Below are positions 47,187 through 56,803 of a DNA stretch of 64,000 nt, piece after piece (position 1 is the first letter of the stretch; the number at the start of each line of letters is the position of its first letter). The DNA is taken from sequence record NC_042081.1; one strand, given 5' to 3'. Position numbers and translations under genes: made by a program. The notes beneath the pieces are model-generated. The model did not search any database and was not told the DNA's origin. It worked only from the letters and a program-made list of their open reading frames with translations.

Positions 47187-47621
47187 CTAATATAGGTCTT
47201 CACTAAATAAATATTTAGTTACTAATCTATTTTCTAATTCAGCTCGATATAACTGATTATTATTCTTAGCGATAATTCCTGCTTCTTCCCTAGAGTGGAA
47301 GTTTTCATACTGATCAATAAAACCTTGTTCATGATCATCTCCTGCATATTCATGCAATACCTTAAGACCACCATACATTAGCTGTTGTTGAGTCATTATG
47401 ATTGATGAATGCCTCGCTGCAATGAAATAAACATCCTTCCATCTATTGCAGGCGGCAACTATCCTTAATTTCACATCGGGATGTTGTTCCCACCACCATA
47501 GACCAGTTTCCTCATTCCAATACCTTTCTTTCATTTGAGTTTTTCTAAACTCACCTTGTATGTCTAAAAGTCTAAATGCCTCTTCTTTAGACATAGCTTG
47601 TAGAATAGGATACTTATCCAT
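47187..47621 (-). CDS. conserved phage hypothetical protein
   Basis: IVAAC...ARH...QGFIDQYENFHSREEA pattern. Confidence 0.7.
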   Translation of the reverse strand: MDKYPILQAMSKEEAFRLLDIQGEFRKTQMKERYWNEETGLWWWEQHPDVKLRIVAACNRWKDVYFIAARHSSIIMTQQQLMYGGLKVLHEYAGDDHEQGFIDQYENFHSREEAGIIAKNNNQLYRAELENRLVTKYLFSEDLY

Positions 47622-47650
47622 TTAATACAGATACCTAATTGCGAAATAGA

Positions 47651-47670
47651 AAGAGCCCCGAAGGGCTCTT
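47651..47670 (-). terminator. intrinsic terminator
   Basis: AAGAGCCC-TTCG-GGGCTCTT-TC. Confidence 0.75.
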
Positions 47671-47671
47671 A

Positions 47672-48028
47672 TTATACAAGTAGCTTTTCAATAGTGAAGC
47701 TTGTCCAGACCATTGCCCTATAACCAACACTCTCTTCAGTATAAGTGATATCATCAAACTTATTAGGTGGCATGAAACCACGTTGTGTACTAGCATCAGT
47801 CACAACAAGATTAGAATCTTTTAAAGTTTCATTTAGAGCCTTAAGTTTATCCTTACTAATTGATCCCTTAACATGGAACTTAAAATAAGCATAGCCTTTA
47901 TGATTGATACGACAATTGTCAAGAACAGTTTGTTTATCATTCATTTGACTCATCAGATCACTAATAACTGCATCATCTTCAGGAGTATCGTCATTGACAA
48001 TATTGATTAATTCAATATAAGTTGGCAT
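47672..48028 (-). CDS. hypothetical protein
   Basis: 118 aa; AAGGA RBS. Confidence 0.7.
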   Translation of the reverse strand: MPTYIELINIVNDDTPEDDAVISDLMSQMNDKQTVLDNCRINHKGYAYFKFHVKGSISKDKLKALNETLKDSNLVVTDASTQRGFMPPNKFDDITYTEESVGYRAMVWTSFTIEKLLV

Positions 48029-48085
48029 TCTTTTTGTTTCCTTAATTAGATAAACTACATAAGATAATTTTTAATTGATATTCTA

Positions 48086-48982
48086 TTAAATTTTCAATAG
48101 GAACCCATTGTGATTAAATGAGATAATACAGTTATGCCCCATCATGACAGTATGATAAGATACTATATTGTCACGTGTATTATTTGAAATCTTGTTCACC
48201 TTAAATTCATTCATGATAGCATTATGAATGGCTAAGTCTTTTTCTCGATACTGATTTGAAAAAATAATAACAGCAGGGTTAATATTGATAGTATCCATTG
48301 CATTAAGAAAATATTCAACATCAAACTTTTTAATAGTTTCAGATTTTCCAACACAACCCTTAGTTTCATCAATTAATGAAAAACCAATAGTTCTAATTGG
48401 TTCGTCCTCATTATGGAAGTCATAATTGGTAATGCTCATACCTATCAATAGTCCATTTTCATCTACATTAACTACTTTAGAATCAGTGTACTTATAAATA
48501 TCATTGATTGCATAACCAGCTGAATATAATACATCTTTAAAATGACTAGTTACTTTATCAATAATAAAGTTTTGATAATCTGATTGATATAGTTTATCAC
48601 TATATTCAAGCTTTTTGATAATATCACTTAGTTCATGATACACGTTGGTAAAACTATTCGAAAAATAATTATCTTTTATTCCTAACCTAGTTAACAGATC
48701 TAGCTGGATTTCTTTTTTAGATAGTTTCGTAGAATTACTAAGTTTTTCAATGACGGATGTAATTGTACGTAGATCAATTGCTAGTGAAAGTGATTTAAAG
48801 ATATTATTAATTGGTGTATCAGATAGCTTTGAAATAGCTATTAGTAGATTATCTAATTCATCATTAGTAATTTTCAGTTCTTTCACAATATCATTATATT
48901 CAATTAGTTTACCATCAATAATATTACAGATTAAAAGTTTATGTAATTCTTTAATAGTGGTATTAACTTGTAGATTATTCAT
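48086..48982 (-). CDS. hypothetical protein
   Basis: 298-aa ORF. Confidence 0.7.
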
Positions 48983-49002
48983 TTTTTTACCTTTTAGTTA
49001 AT

Positions 49003-49440
49003 TTAAAATTTATTTACAGCTCTAAGAAAATATTCAGATGGATCATCGAAGAAGACAATACTATCAACAACACTATTTTGTCGAGTACACCTTACTTTGA
49101 TAAGATTATATTCTCTGAATTTATTAAGCCCCCAAGCTTCTTTAGCACGATGGCGTAACCCACTACCAACAATAGCCCCATACCTAGTTTGTTCAACAAA
49201 TAAATAAACATCCCAGCCATGATGATTATCATGGTATTTTGCGTAGTATTTATTGTCTTTAGTTTTGTTTAAACTAAGACTATACCTTTCTGTCTGTAGT
49301 TGATTAATATTCGATTTAATCATTTCATTTAATTTGGGTTCCACTATATGAATGACATCGCCAGCAGTAGTGGCCATTACCTTTAGTTTGTGATGCACGT
49401 TCGTAAGAACGTCCTCCCAAATGTTAGTAACTACGTCCAT
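49003..49440 (-). CDS. hypothetical protein
   Basis: 145 aa; after the promoter at 49486. Confidence 0.7.
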   Translation of the reverse strand: MDVVTNIWEDVLTNVHHKLKVMATTAGDVIHIVEPKLNEMIKSNINQLQTERYSLSLNKTKDNKYYAKYHDNHHGWDVYLFVEQTRYGAIVGSGLRHRAKEAWGLNKFREYNLIKVRCTRQNSVVDSIVFFDDPSEYFLRAVNKF

Positions 49441-49485
49441 CTATTAAAACCTCGACAAATTAATTTGATTTTGTAATACACACAT

Positions 49486-49515
49486 GTAATATATATCTCA
49501 AATAAAATTTAGTGC
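49486..49515 (-). promoter_or_regulatory. putative early promoter
   Basis: TATATTAC at 49486-49493 after the terminator at 49520-49539. Confidence 0.7.
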
Positions 49516-49551
49516 AATAGCCCTCCCCGAAGGGAGGGCCATATGCTCTTA

Positions 49552-49881
49552 TTATCGATTAACTACACGATAATTATCAATGATAAACTCGATGTACTGC
49601 TCGACATCATGTAAGAAGCAGTTGTAACTATACCGATCAAGTTTATTTAAAGCTTCAGTTAGAACTGGTTCGATATAGATATTTATTTCAGCTATTGATG
49701 GAATCTCAACATACTTGTTTTCATATTCGGTAAGCTGCTCCTTTACCTTAGCCATTTGCTTTTTGTAAATGTATTCCATCGACCATTCTTTATAAATGGA
49801 ACGTGCCCCATCAAAGAGATGGTAACCAAATGCAATACCACCAAGCACCAGAACACCAGTGGAAATAGTTGACATATTCAT
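49552..49881 (-). CDS. membrane-anchored hypothetical protein
   Basis: N-terminal GVLVLGGIAFGYHLF. Confidence 0.7.
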   Translation of the reverse strand: MNMSTISTGVLVLGGIAFGYHLFDGARSIYKEWSMEYIYKKQMAKVKEQLTEYENKYVEIPSIAEINIYIEPVLTEALNKLDRYSYNCFLHDVEQYIEFIIDNYRVVNR

Positions 49882-49914
49882 GACATATCTCTTTTTTTCA
49901 AGATTGAATTCACA

Positions 49915-49945
49915 TTAGTAATATACTGTTAAAATATGTTTGAAT
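49915..49945 (-). promoter_or_regulatory. putative early promoter
   Basis: 31 bp identical to 711-741; terminator hairpin at 49967-49982 upstream. Confidence 0.75.
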
Positions 49946-50010
49946 ACAAAAAAATAAAATATAAAGCCTCCCCGAAGGGAGGACTTTATGGTGACTTTGT
50001 AAAAGACTTA

Positions 50011-50493
50011 TTATAGTTGAAAGTCTTTATCTTCTTCAATGATTTCATGACCTGGTGAATTAACTATATTTTTATTTAAACGAACTCGTTCATCTACTAA
50101 GTATTTAACTACTTTAAGTAATTGACTTATCGACAGGTCATTATTTTCATCAGTATCTGATTTAAAAATACGACCACTGATAGGTGAAGCATTTGTAAAA
50201 CAAATACCTTCATTATCTTTATAAATATCATAATACCATACGACATATGGACTATTGGTATTACTTATGACAAATACTAAAAATAGATCTTCATCATCGC
50301 CTTGACCACTCAGGATCCCGATATTTTTTCGATGCGTTATACCACCTGTAATAACTAGGCCGTTGGCGTCATCACTGAATTTAAATATATCATACCCACC
50401 TTCAAGTTTACCATTTTCAAAATACTGTAATAGCGCACCACCTACTACAGCACCCCATGAAAAGAAGTTATCTTTATTTAAATGCTCAACCAT
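50011..50493 (-). CDS. hypothetical protein
   Basis: Start moved to ATG 50493 (GAGGA RBS). Confidence 0.65.
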   Translation of the reverse strand: MVEHLNKDNFFSWGAVVGGALLQYFENGKLEGGYDIFKFSDDANGLVITGGITHRKNIGILSGQGDDEDLFLVFVISNTNSPYVVWYYDIYKDNEGICFTNASPISGRIFKSDTDENNDLSISQLLKVVKYLVDERVRLNKNIVNSPGHEIIEEDKDFQL

Positions 50494-50634
50494 CTTAAAA
50501 ATCCTCTTTAGGTTCAGTGATCCGAGAATAAAGAACAAACATATCAGTTAGGATATTTCTATCTAGAATGGTACGTGTAAATAAGATTCCATATTGAAAT
50601 ATACCTGTAGTCTACAAATTATAAAACAGCATAA

Positions 50635-50663
50635 AAAGAGAGAGGATAAATTCCTCTCTCTTT
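50635..50663 (-). terminator. intrinsic terminator
   Basis: AAAGAGAGAGG/CCTCTCTCTTT 11-bp stem. Confidence 0.7.
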
Positions 50664-50679
50664 ATGCAACTAAATAGTT

Positions 50680-50802
50680 TTACTCTTTTTGTTTCTCTTT
50701 AGCTTCACGTTTAGCTTTGAGTTCTGCATTATTAAGCCGCCAAGCAGCTTGCATAGTAGCTAGATTGACAAACTTAGGCTGTTGCTTATTTTTAACTTTC
50801 AT
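50680..50802 (-). CDS. small basic protein (40 aa)
   Basis: Hand-translated MKVKNKQQPKFVNLATMQAAWRLNNAELKAKREAKEKQKE. Confidence 0.55.
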   Translation of the reverse strand: MKVKNKQQPKFVNLATMQAAWRLNNAELKAKREAKEKQKE

Positions 50803-50873
50803 TTGCTAATTCCAAATTTATTTCGAATGGTTAATCTAAACTATTAAATTGCTTCATATTCTTCATGCATAAT

Positions 50874-51167
50874 TTAATCCTCAGCCAGCGTAGTATAATC
50901 TACATAAAGATCATTGAGTTGCTCTTTTAATGAAATATTTATTTTTAATTCATTAAGAGTAATCCTATTCCAATGTTTACGCGGATTACCACATAGCATA
51001 CAACGAGACCTACCGCAGTTAAACGGATTATGTTTACGCCATTTACCTTTAGCCTTTGCTGAAGGATTAGTGTCATTATAACGACTCGCGGCTAGTGAAA
51101 CATAATAATTAACTATACGAGTATTGTGATGACGATTAAGTTGTGCAGATAGTTTGTTGCTTGACAT
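50874..51167 (-). CDS. small basic Cys-cluster protein
   Basis: CGRSRCMLCGNPRK; start moved to ATG 51167. Confidence 0.65.
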   Translation of the reverse strand: MSSNKLSAQLNRHHNTRIVNYYVSLAASRYNDTNPSAKAKGKWRKHNPFNCGRSRCMLCGNPRKHWNRITLNELKINISLKEQLNDLYVDYTTLAED

Positions 51168-51266
51168 ATTTATACCCCACCTTAATACCCCTACCCCAAT
51201 ATGGAGTAGGGTAAAGTATGTAGTAGAGTAAATTGAATACATTAACTTTTAACATTCTAAACTTCA

Positions 51267-51767
51267 TTAATTTTCCACAATATCCTGGATGGTAAGTAGA
51301 CGTTCACGCATCGCCAGTAAGTAATTACGATTAGGCATCCAGCCAGCCCAAAAAGGTCGCATGTTTAACCTATTAGTAACCTCTTCTAAAAATTCTTTAT
51401 ACTTATAAAGATTAATAGTGAATTTATTACAATCTGGATCAGTAGTAGTTGGGATAATATAATTACGAATAACGTAGTCAAGATGAATATTACCGATAGG
51501 TTCAACTAAAGTATAAGGATTATTATCAATGAATTTCTGTGCTTCTTTTTCTCTTAGGGCGAAATCTTCTCGTTCAACGATTTCATGAAGTAGTGGCCCT
51601 AAGAACTGCATTGGAATCACACCATACGTTTTAGTGAACTTCTTAATATCCTTATACATTACTTCTGGATTAGGATATACCTCACGAGTCCGACCAATAT
51701 TTTTAACTAGATATAGTTTTTCTTTTACTAAGATATTTTCGATGCATAGTTCATCTTTAAATAGCAT
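51267..51767 (-). CDS. hypothetical protein
   Basis: 166 aa; AAGGA RBS. Confidence 0.7.
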   Translation of the reverse strand: MLFKDELCIENILVKEKLYLVKNIGRTREVYPNPEVMYKDIKKFTKTYGVIPMQFLGPLLHEIVEREDFALREKEAQKFIDNNPYTLVEPIGNIHLDYVIRNYIIPTTTDPDCNKFTINLYKYKEFLEEVTNRLNMRPFWAGWMPNRNYLLAMRERLLTIQDIVEN

Positions 51768-51816
51768 AAAATATTTTCCTTTTAATAAGATGGTATTAAA
51801 CTTTTTTCTTTATTGA

Positions 51817-52650
51817 CTAATATTTTCTTCGTTCGATGCCCTGTAGTTTCGCGAATGTGTCGATCTTGTACTGGTCAACAAAATGCCAGGCTAGATCGGT
51901 AAGTGCATAGATGTCCGGACGTTCGTATTTACCGAAGTCTGGTTTCTCACGACTCAATTGAAAATCGATGAACTGATCTAATATAGGGCAACGATCTATC
52001 AGATCCTGTTCAGTAGCCCCAACCTTATCATTAACCAGTTCTTGGATACGTTTATAAAGGATAGGATCTGTTAGAAGAGGCAGTAGATCATGGAATACCA
52101 TCGGTGGATGTTCCAGACTTTCACGGACCCACATTGCAGCCAACAGAGGACGAAGAGAATAGAAGTATTTCTTCATCCGGACTTTCTCATCTGACAACCA
52201 ACGCATTTTGGTTTGTTTGGCCATCGAGATATAATGCATATAACTCGATTCAGGAATGAAGTGCTTTAGTGCAGCATCACGGATTAACTTGTAGTCACAA
52301 TCAACCTTACGGTAAACGATTGGGGAGTTTAGCCATTCCAAGAGAGTGGGATTAGATTTGTAAGCAAGTTGAAGAGTCTTAGTGATGTTCCAACCAGCAA
52401 GGTCTAGTTCTTTAGACACCATCTCTTCAATAGTATCACGTGCTTTATTATCCACACGAACGTAATGTCTCGGATGGTTAACATAAATGAAGCGAACATC
52501 ATAATCACTATTAGTAGAAGCGAAACCCCAACCACGACTACCGGACTCACAGGCATAAATAACCTTTACACCATACTTCTGTTCAATTCTAGTTAGTTCT
52601 GTATCAATGACTGAACGCATCTCATCACTAACCGGATGACGTGGATCCAT
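51817..52650 (-). CDS. DNA pol-beta superfamily nucleotidyltransferase (RlaP/Nuc-transf-like)
   Basis: ACESGSRGWGFASTNSDYDVRFIY; DLAGWNITK; SNPTLLEWLNSP; KKYFYSLRPLLA. Confidence 0.85.
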   Translation of the reverse strand: MDPRHPVSDEMRSVIDTELTRIEQKYGVKVIYACESGSRGWGFASTNSDYDVRFIYVNHPRHYVRVDNKARDTIEEMVSKELDLAGWNITKTLQLAYKSNPTLLEWLNSPIVYRKVDCDYKLIRDAALKHFIPESSYMHYISMAKQTKMRWLSDEKVRMKKYFYSLRPLLAAMWVRESLEHPPMVFHDLLPLLTDPILYKRIQELVNDKVGATEQDLIDRCPILDQFIDFQLSREKPDFGKYERPDIYALTDLAWHFVDQYKIDTFAKLQGIERRKY

Positions 52651-52707
52651 TATTCGCCTACCTTTTCAAAAAGCAAGAAGTTCATTATTCCACCAAGGGA
52701 AAATAAA

Positions 52708-52725
52708 GCCTCCCCGAAGGGAGGC
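52708..52725 (-). terminator. terminator after thyA
   Basis: GCCTCCC-TTCG-GGGAGGC-TTTATTTT. Confidence 0.8.
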
Positions 52726-52732
52726 GTTTATG

Positions 52733-53035
52733 TTAAACAGCAACTTTACCAGCAATGTGTGGATGATATTCATAGTTCTCGATAACAAAATCATCTACAC
52801 CAATTTCCCGAATATCTTTACCAATAGCTTCTTCTTTAAAACGGATGGTAGGTAGAACCTTCGGTTCACGAGTTAATTGAAGATCAGTTTGTTCTTGGTG
52901 GTTAGAGTAAATATGTACATCACCACCAGTCCAGATAAACTCTTCAGCAATCATATTCATTTGGTTAGCTAACATGTGAGTCAGCAGACTATAGAACGTG
53001 ATGTTAAAGGGTTTTCCTAAGAAAGTATCGACACT
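52733..53035 (-). CDS. thyA: thymidylate synthase exon 2
   Basis: SVDTFLGKPFNITFYSLLTHM...GDVHIYSNH...YHPHIAGKVAV; in frame after splicing. Confidence 0.93.
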   Translation of the reverse strand, partial: SVDTFLGKPFNITFYSLLTHMLANQMNMIAEEFIWTGGDVHIYSNHQEQTDLQLTREPKVLPTIRFKEEAIGKDIREIGVDDFVIENYEYHPHIAGKVAV

Positions 53036-54126
53036 CTCCTATGTTCACCCAGGGTCGTTAATCCTGAGCCGTTTACTTAAATGACTTTATAACCAGAATA
53101 CTTTGGATTCTTGCTGTTAATTCGGTATGTTATTGTACCCTGTGATACCCCGAGAGCCTTAGCTGCATCGGCCTGGGATAAATAAACAACACCGTCCACT
53201 TCAAGTTTGTTTGAGTTAGTTGGCTTTATACCGCGTTTGTTATCTGCCAACTTTTTTCTGGTTTCTTCGGAATGTGTTTTACCGTAGAATGGATTACGTT
53301 CGCCTGTTCTCTGAGAAGCTATCTCCGACATCCTGGCTCTTGTCTCATCACTAGCTTTAATGCCAAGACGGTAAGTGTTACCCGTATGTAACTCGGATAG
53401 AGCTACCTTAACTTCTTCTGTGTGAGTACGACCGTACATCCCATTCTGCTCACCTGGTCGACCATACTTTTCCTGACGTGCCTCAGCTCCAATCTCATCA
53501 AGTCTGATACGTAATGTATCACTCCGCTTCTCGATGATTTGTTCTTTGAGGCTATGCCTGGTTAAGTTATCACCACCCTTGGAGTGTCTACCAATATTAA
53601 GAAGGTTACCTTCTTCTTCATGCTTGGTAATCCACATCTGTTCGAGCGTAAATGCTGATTCCCGACTTTCACAACGATAATACTTTAACGATAATCTCTC
53701 ACCGTTATCGTATTCTTGTTGTAATGGGTAGTTATGGTGCTTGGAATTACTAAGGTCTCTGAAATGTCGTTGAACGCGCTTAACTAAATCTCGCGCACTT
53801 CCGACATATACCTTTCCATCTTTGGTGAATAGGCAATACACATAAGCTACGTCATTAATAACACCCTCCTTATCTGGCGGAGTCATTAAGTAAACTGCTG
53901 CATGTCGCCATGCAGGACAGACTATATCACAATCTCTTAAAAAAGAGACCCCTACCTTTTCGGATCACTTGACCCTACTCTACTCCCTTCCTCTTCTCAG
54001 AGTGGTTTCGATAGTCGTTAGGCATTTATGACCGTAGTCAATTTAGCACGGGATTGTCTCATAGAGAGTTTCCCCGTTTAGATAGGTTATTCGACTAGGA
54101 TTTCTCCTAGAAGGCGCTAGTATTTA
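53036..54126 (-). mobile_element. group I intron (1091 nt) in thyA
   Basis: 5' site CAGCGT|TAAATA with P1 U-G pair; P4 CGGGGAA/ATCCCG; R AACGACTA (54012-54019); S GATATAGTC (53920-53928); P9 GCGA-loop hairpin (53898-53915); ends in G at 53036. Confidence 0.92.
53077..53886 (-). CDS. intron-encoded GIY-YIG homing endonuclease (I-TevI-like)
   Basis: YVY...VYVGS...KRVQRH; NUMOD3-like GRTHTEE and GKTHSEET; C-terminal HTH (AAKALGVSQGTI); start codon uncertain. Confidence 0.9.
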   Translation of the reverse strand: MTPPDKEGVINDVAYVYCLFTKDGKVYVGSARDLVKRVQRHFRDLSNSKHHNYPLQQEYDNGERLSLKYYRCESRESAFTLEQMWITKHEEEGNLLNIGRHSKGGDNLTRHSLKEQIIEKRSDTLRIRLDEIGAEARQEKYGRPGEQNGMYGRTHTEEVKVALSELHTGNTYRLGIKASDETRARMSEIASQRTGERNPFYGKTHSEETRKKLADNKRGIKPTNSNKLEVDGVVYLSQADAAKALGVSQGTITYRINSKNPKYSGYKVI

Positions 54127-55203
54127 ACGCTGATAGAGCTGGCAACTCAATGCACGTTTAGGAACACCAAGTTTATCCCACAGTGCGTAATCAGTTTCCG
54201 GTTGCTCACCTTCAAGGAAAATACGTTGAGCTTCGGTGTCATTAAGTTGGGCCCAGTCATACCGTTCTTCTAACGTCAGTTCACGAGTCCAGAACTGGAA
54301 AAAGCTATGGCACGGTGGGAGTGACTGTTCATCGACAAGTTGTGGTGCCCATGCACAAACGATGATCCGACGAGAATCAGGGTTAGTCTTAAGTTGATTA
54401 ATCACGTCTTGAATCTGATCGATACGTCTAGTAACAACACACCGATCATTCTCCATGCAAGTACCTGGAATATCAACTACGAAGTCAAAGCCACGTGCCT
54501 CGTAATCAACCCACTCGTGTTTTGGGATCACACGAGTATCTTCAAGATCACGCCAAGTCTTACCGTAAACAGCACCTAGATCGCCGCCGACCAGGCGTGC
54601 TGGTTCTTTATGCGTCAAAGCACGATACAGCCGTTTGTTATATTCAGTATGAATACCTTCAGGATTTTTGGCTTCATCGAATCCTTCAGTAGCGTGCCTA
54701 TTCCACGACTTTTCACTAACTCCAATGACGTATTGGATTTCCTCACGGTTAACTGGATGTTCATCCCAGAAAGCCTGAATAGTCTCTGGGGCCATACCCG
54801 ACTCGAACTCCGCTACAGTCTCGATGATTGGAGTAGAGTCATCGTTCATGCAATGGACGTACATTACGAATGGGGCACCAATGAGGGTAGTTACTGCTTT
54901 GAGAACGGCCTCATCAGTCATCGGCGCATATAACGCGGTATTTGGTTTAACCCATTCATTCCAAATGCGTACACCATTTTCAATTAAATAATCTACACGA
55001 GTATCACCAGAAAGCATCCAGAATAATTCATGGATAACAGATGGAAGATGAATTTTCTTAGTGGTTACTACGGGTAGAACGTTGTTACGTAAACTGTAAC
55101 GTTCTTGTTGACCAAAAATACTCTGAGTACCAGTACCAGTGCGATCACCTTTATGTACACCGAGTTCTTTAACTAAACGAATTGAATTAAGATATTGTTC
55201 CAT
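54127..55203 (-). CDS. thyA: thymidylate synthase exon 1, with large insertions
   Basis: DRTGTGT, TTKKIH, IWNEW, DLGAVYG, NPDSRR, LPPCH, SCQLYQR. Confidence 0.95.
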
Positions 55204-55403
55204 TACTTGATCCTTGGATTGTCTACTAGTCCACAGTTGAACCAGAGATGTTTATCATGGCGGCGATCATCGCTAATAGACATGATCGTGCCCTTACCAT
55301 CTTTAAAGTTAATAATCAATGCTCGAACTCGGCCATTGGCGAGAGCATTGAAAATTTTATACGACCTTACACTGAATGCGATTCTTTCATCAAGATGATC
55401 CAC
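55203..55403 (-). CDS. small hypothetical protein
   Basis: 66 aa; TAATG-coupled to thyA. Confidence 0.65.
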   Translation of the reverse strand: MDHLDERIAFSVRSYKIFNALANGRVRALIINFKDGKGTIMSISDDRRHDKHLWFNCGLVDNPRIK

Positions 55404-55430
55404 ACTTCATTCCTCCAATCTTATTGGTAA

Positions 55431-55724
55431 TCACAGATCAACCTCTATCCGTTTGTATTTGATATTAACTGAAATACCTAATTCATTTTTTACAAGATTA
55501 AATGAGTTTTTCGATGGAGTGTATGTAGCAACTATAACGGCTTGGCTATCAGCTACAACTACATCTCGCCATTCCATGTGCATGTTATCGAAATCATCTT
55601 TACCCATAATCAAGTAATAAGACGTATCATTATGCGTAATGGTATTTTCAAACGGTCTAATTACAAAAGCACTTAAACTAGACTGTATACGGTGTCCTAC
55701 TTGTTCAAGTGTAACTGTATACAT
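55431..55724 (-). CDS. hypothetical protein
   Basis: 97 aa; GGAGG RBS. Confidence 0.65.
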   Translation of the reverse strand: MYTVTLEQVGHRIQSSLSAFVIRPFENTITHNDTSYYLIMGKDDFDNMHMEWRDVVVADSQAVIVATYTPSKNSFNLVKNELGISVNIKYKRIEVDL

Positions 55725-55745
55725 AAAACCTCCTAGACGGTATAC

Positions 55746-55765
55746 GGGAGTCCCGAAGGACTCCC
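55746..55765 (-). terminator. hairpin/terminator
   Basis: GGGAGTCC-TTCG-GGACTCCC. Confidence 0.6.
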
Positions 55766-55829
55766 TAAGCGCAACTAACCAATCGGCTAGTATCTTACCT
55801 ATATTATTAGTCTATAAGAAGTATTTTTA

Positions 55830-56537
55830 TTACAGACCAATACGTGTCAAAATTTCAGCCCAACCTTTCTCTTTAGCATATCGCAATAGGCTATTTTCAA
55901 TATGGGTCTCACTATAGACAATAGGCTCATGACCACCTTGCACATGATACATTGTTAATGGTTCCACCACATGTTGACTAGACCAAGCATCGTATAAACG
56001 ATCATTGATTTTAATCACCACATATACCATCAATTTATCGTCGATGTCAAGATCAATACCTGCTACAAATGCATTAACATTGGAACGCACTTGGTCAGCA
56101 GTTAGTTGCACTTGCAGCCCGCCATGTACTTCAAATTCGATATCACAGATATTCTTATTTAACCAAGTATACACTGCCTGATTAGCATATGTCTCAATTG
56201 GATCACTACTACGTAAATCTATTAATGGACCATATGTTTCTAATGATGAGACACTGGTATCAACTAAGTCATTCAATGAGTATTCGGTACTAGAACAACT
56301 ATCTAAAACACAGATAGTGTTATCCTCGATATGGATAGGTAATACCTTGAATACCACATTAGCAACATTAGGTAATGAGGTACCTGGTTCAGAACTATTG
56401 AATGGAGTATAAAATAATCGATCAGCCACTTCATTATCAATAGTTGATACATCCATTGGAACGAATCCATTAAGATCTTGTTTGATTACGTCATTGTGTC
56501 CAATTCCAGAAAAAGATAAATACATTTTCTCAGACAT
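55830..56537 (-). CDS. hypothetical protein
   Basis: 235-aa ORF. Confidence 0.7.
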   Translation of the reverse strand: MSEKMYLSFSGIGHNDVIKQDLNGFVPMDVSTIDNEVADRLFYTPFNSSEPGTSLPNVANVVFKVLPIHIEDNTICVLDSCSSTEYSLNDLVDTSVSSLETYGPLIDLRSSDPIETYANQAVYTWLNKNICDIEFEVHGGLQVQLTADQVRSNVNAFVAGIDLDIDDKLMVYVVIKINDRLYDAWSSQHVVEPLTMYHVQGGHEPIVYSETHIENSLLRYAKEKGWAEILTRIGL

Positions 56538-56545
56538 ATCCGTAC

Positions 56546-56803
56546 CTATTTATTTACACAGATTAGAGTATGTTCTACTTTACTAGTACTAGAAGAAAAA
56601 TAACGTAATAGAACACCATCACTGATTTTTACAGTCTCTACATTATTACGAATAGCACTTGCTTTAGCTAGTTTTTGAATGCGCTCAATCGCGCTAAAAC
56701 AAGTAGCCATGTCAGAGAACTCAGCGGTTGACTGCGATGCACCATTGGCTTGATAACCAGCGATACTGATACTACTAAAAAGAATTGCTAAAGTTGCATT
56801 CAT
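56546..56803 (-). CDS. small exported protein with a Cys pair
   Basis: Hydrophobic N-terminus; EFSDMATC.SA...LICVNK. Confidence 0.6.
   Translation of the reverse strand: MNATLAILFSSISIAGYQANGASQSTAEFSDMATCFSAIERIQKLAKASAIRNNVETVKISDGVLLRYFSSSTSKVEHTLICVNK

Noticed and set aside
54560-54950. Possible intein in the large ThyA insertion
   Set aside because: No C/S start, no HN/HQ end and no LAGLIDADG motifs
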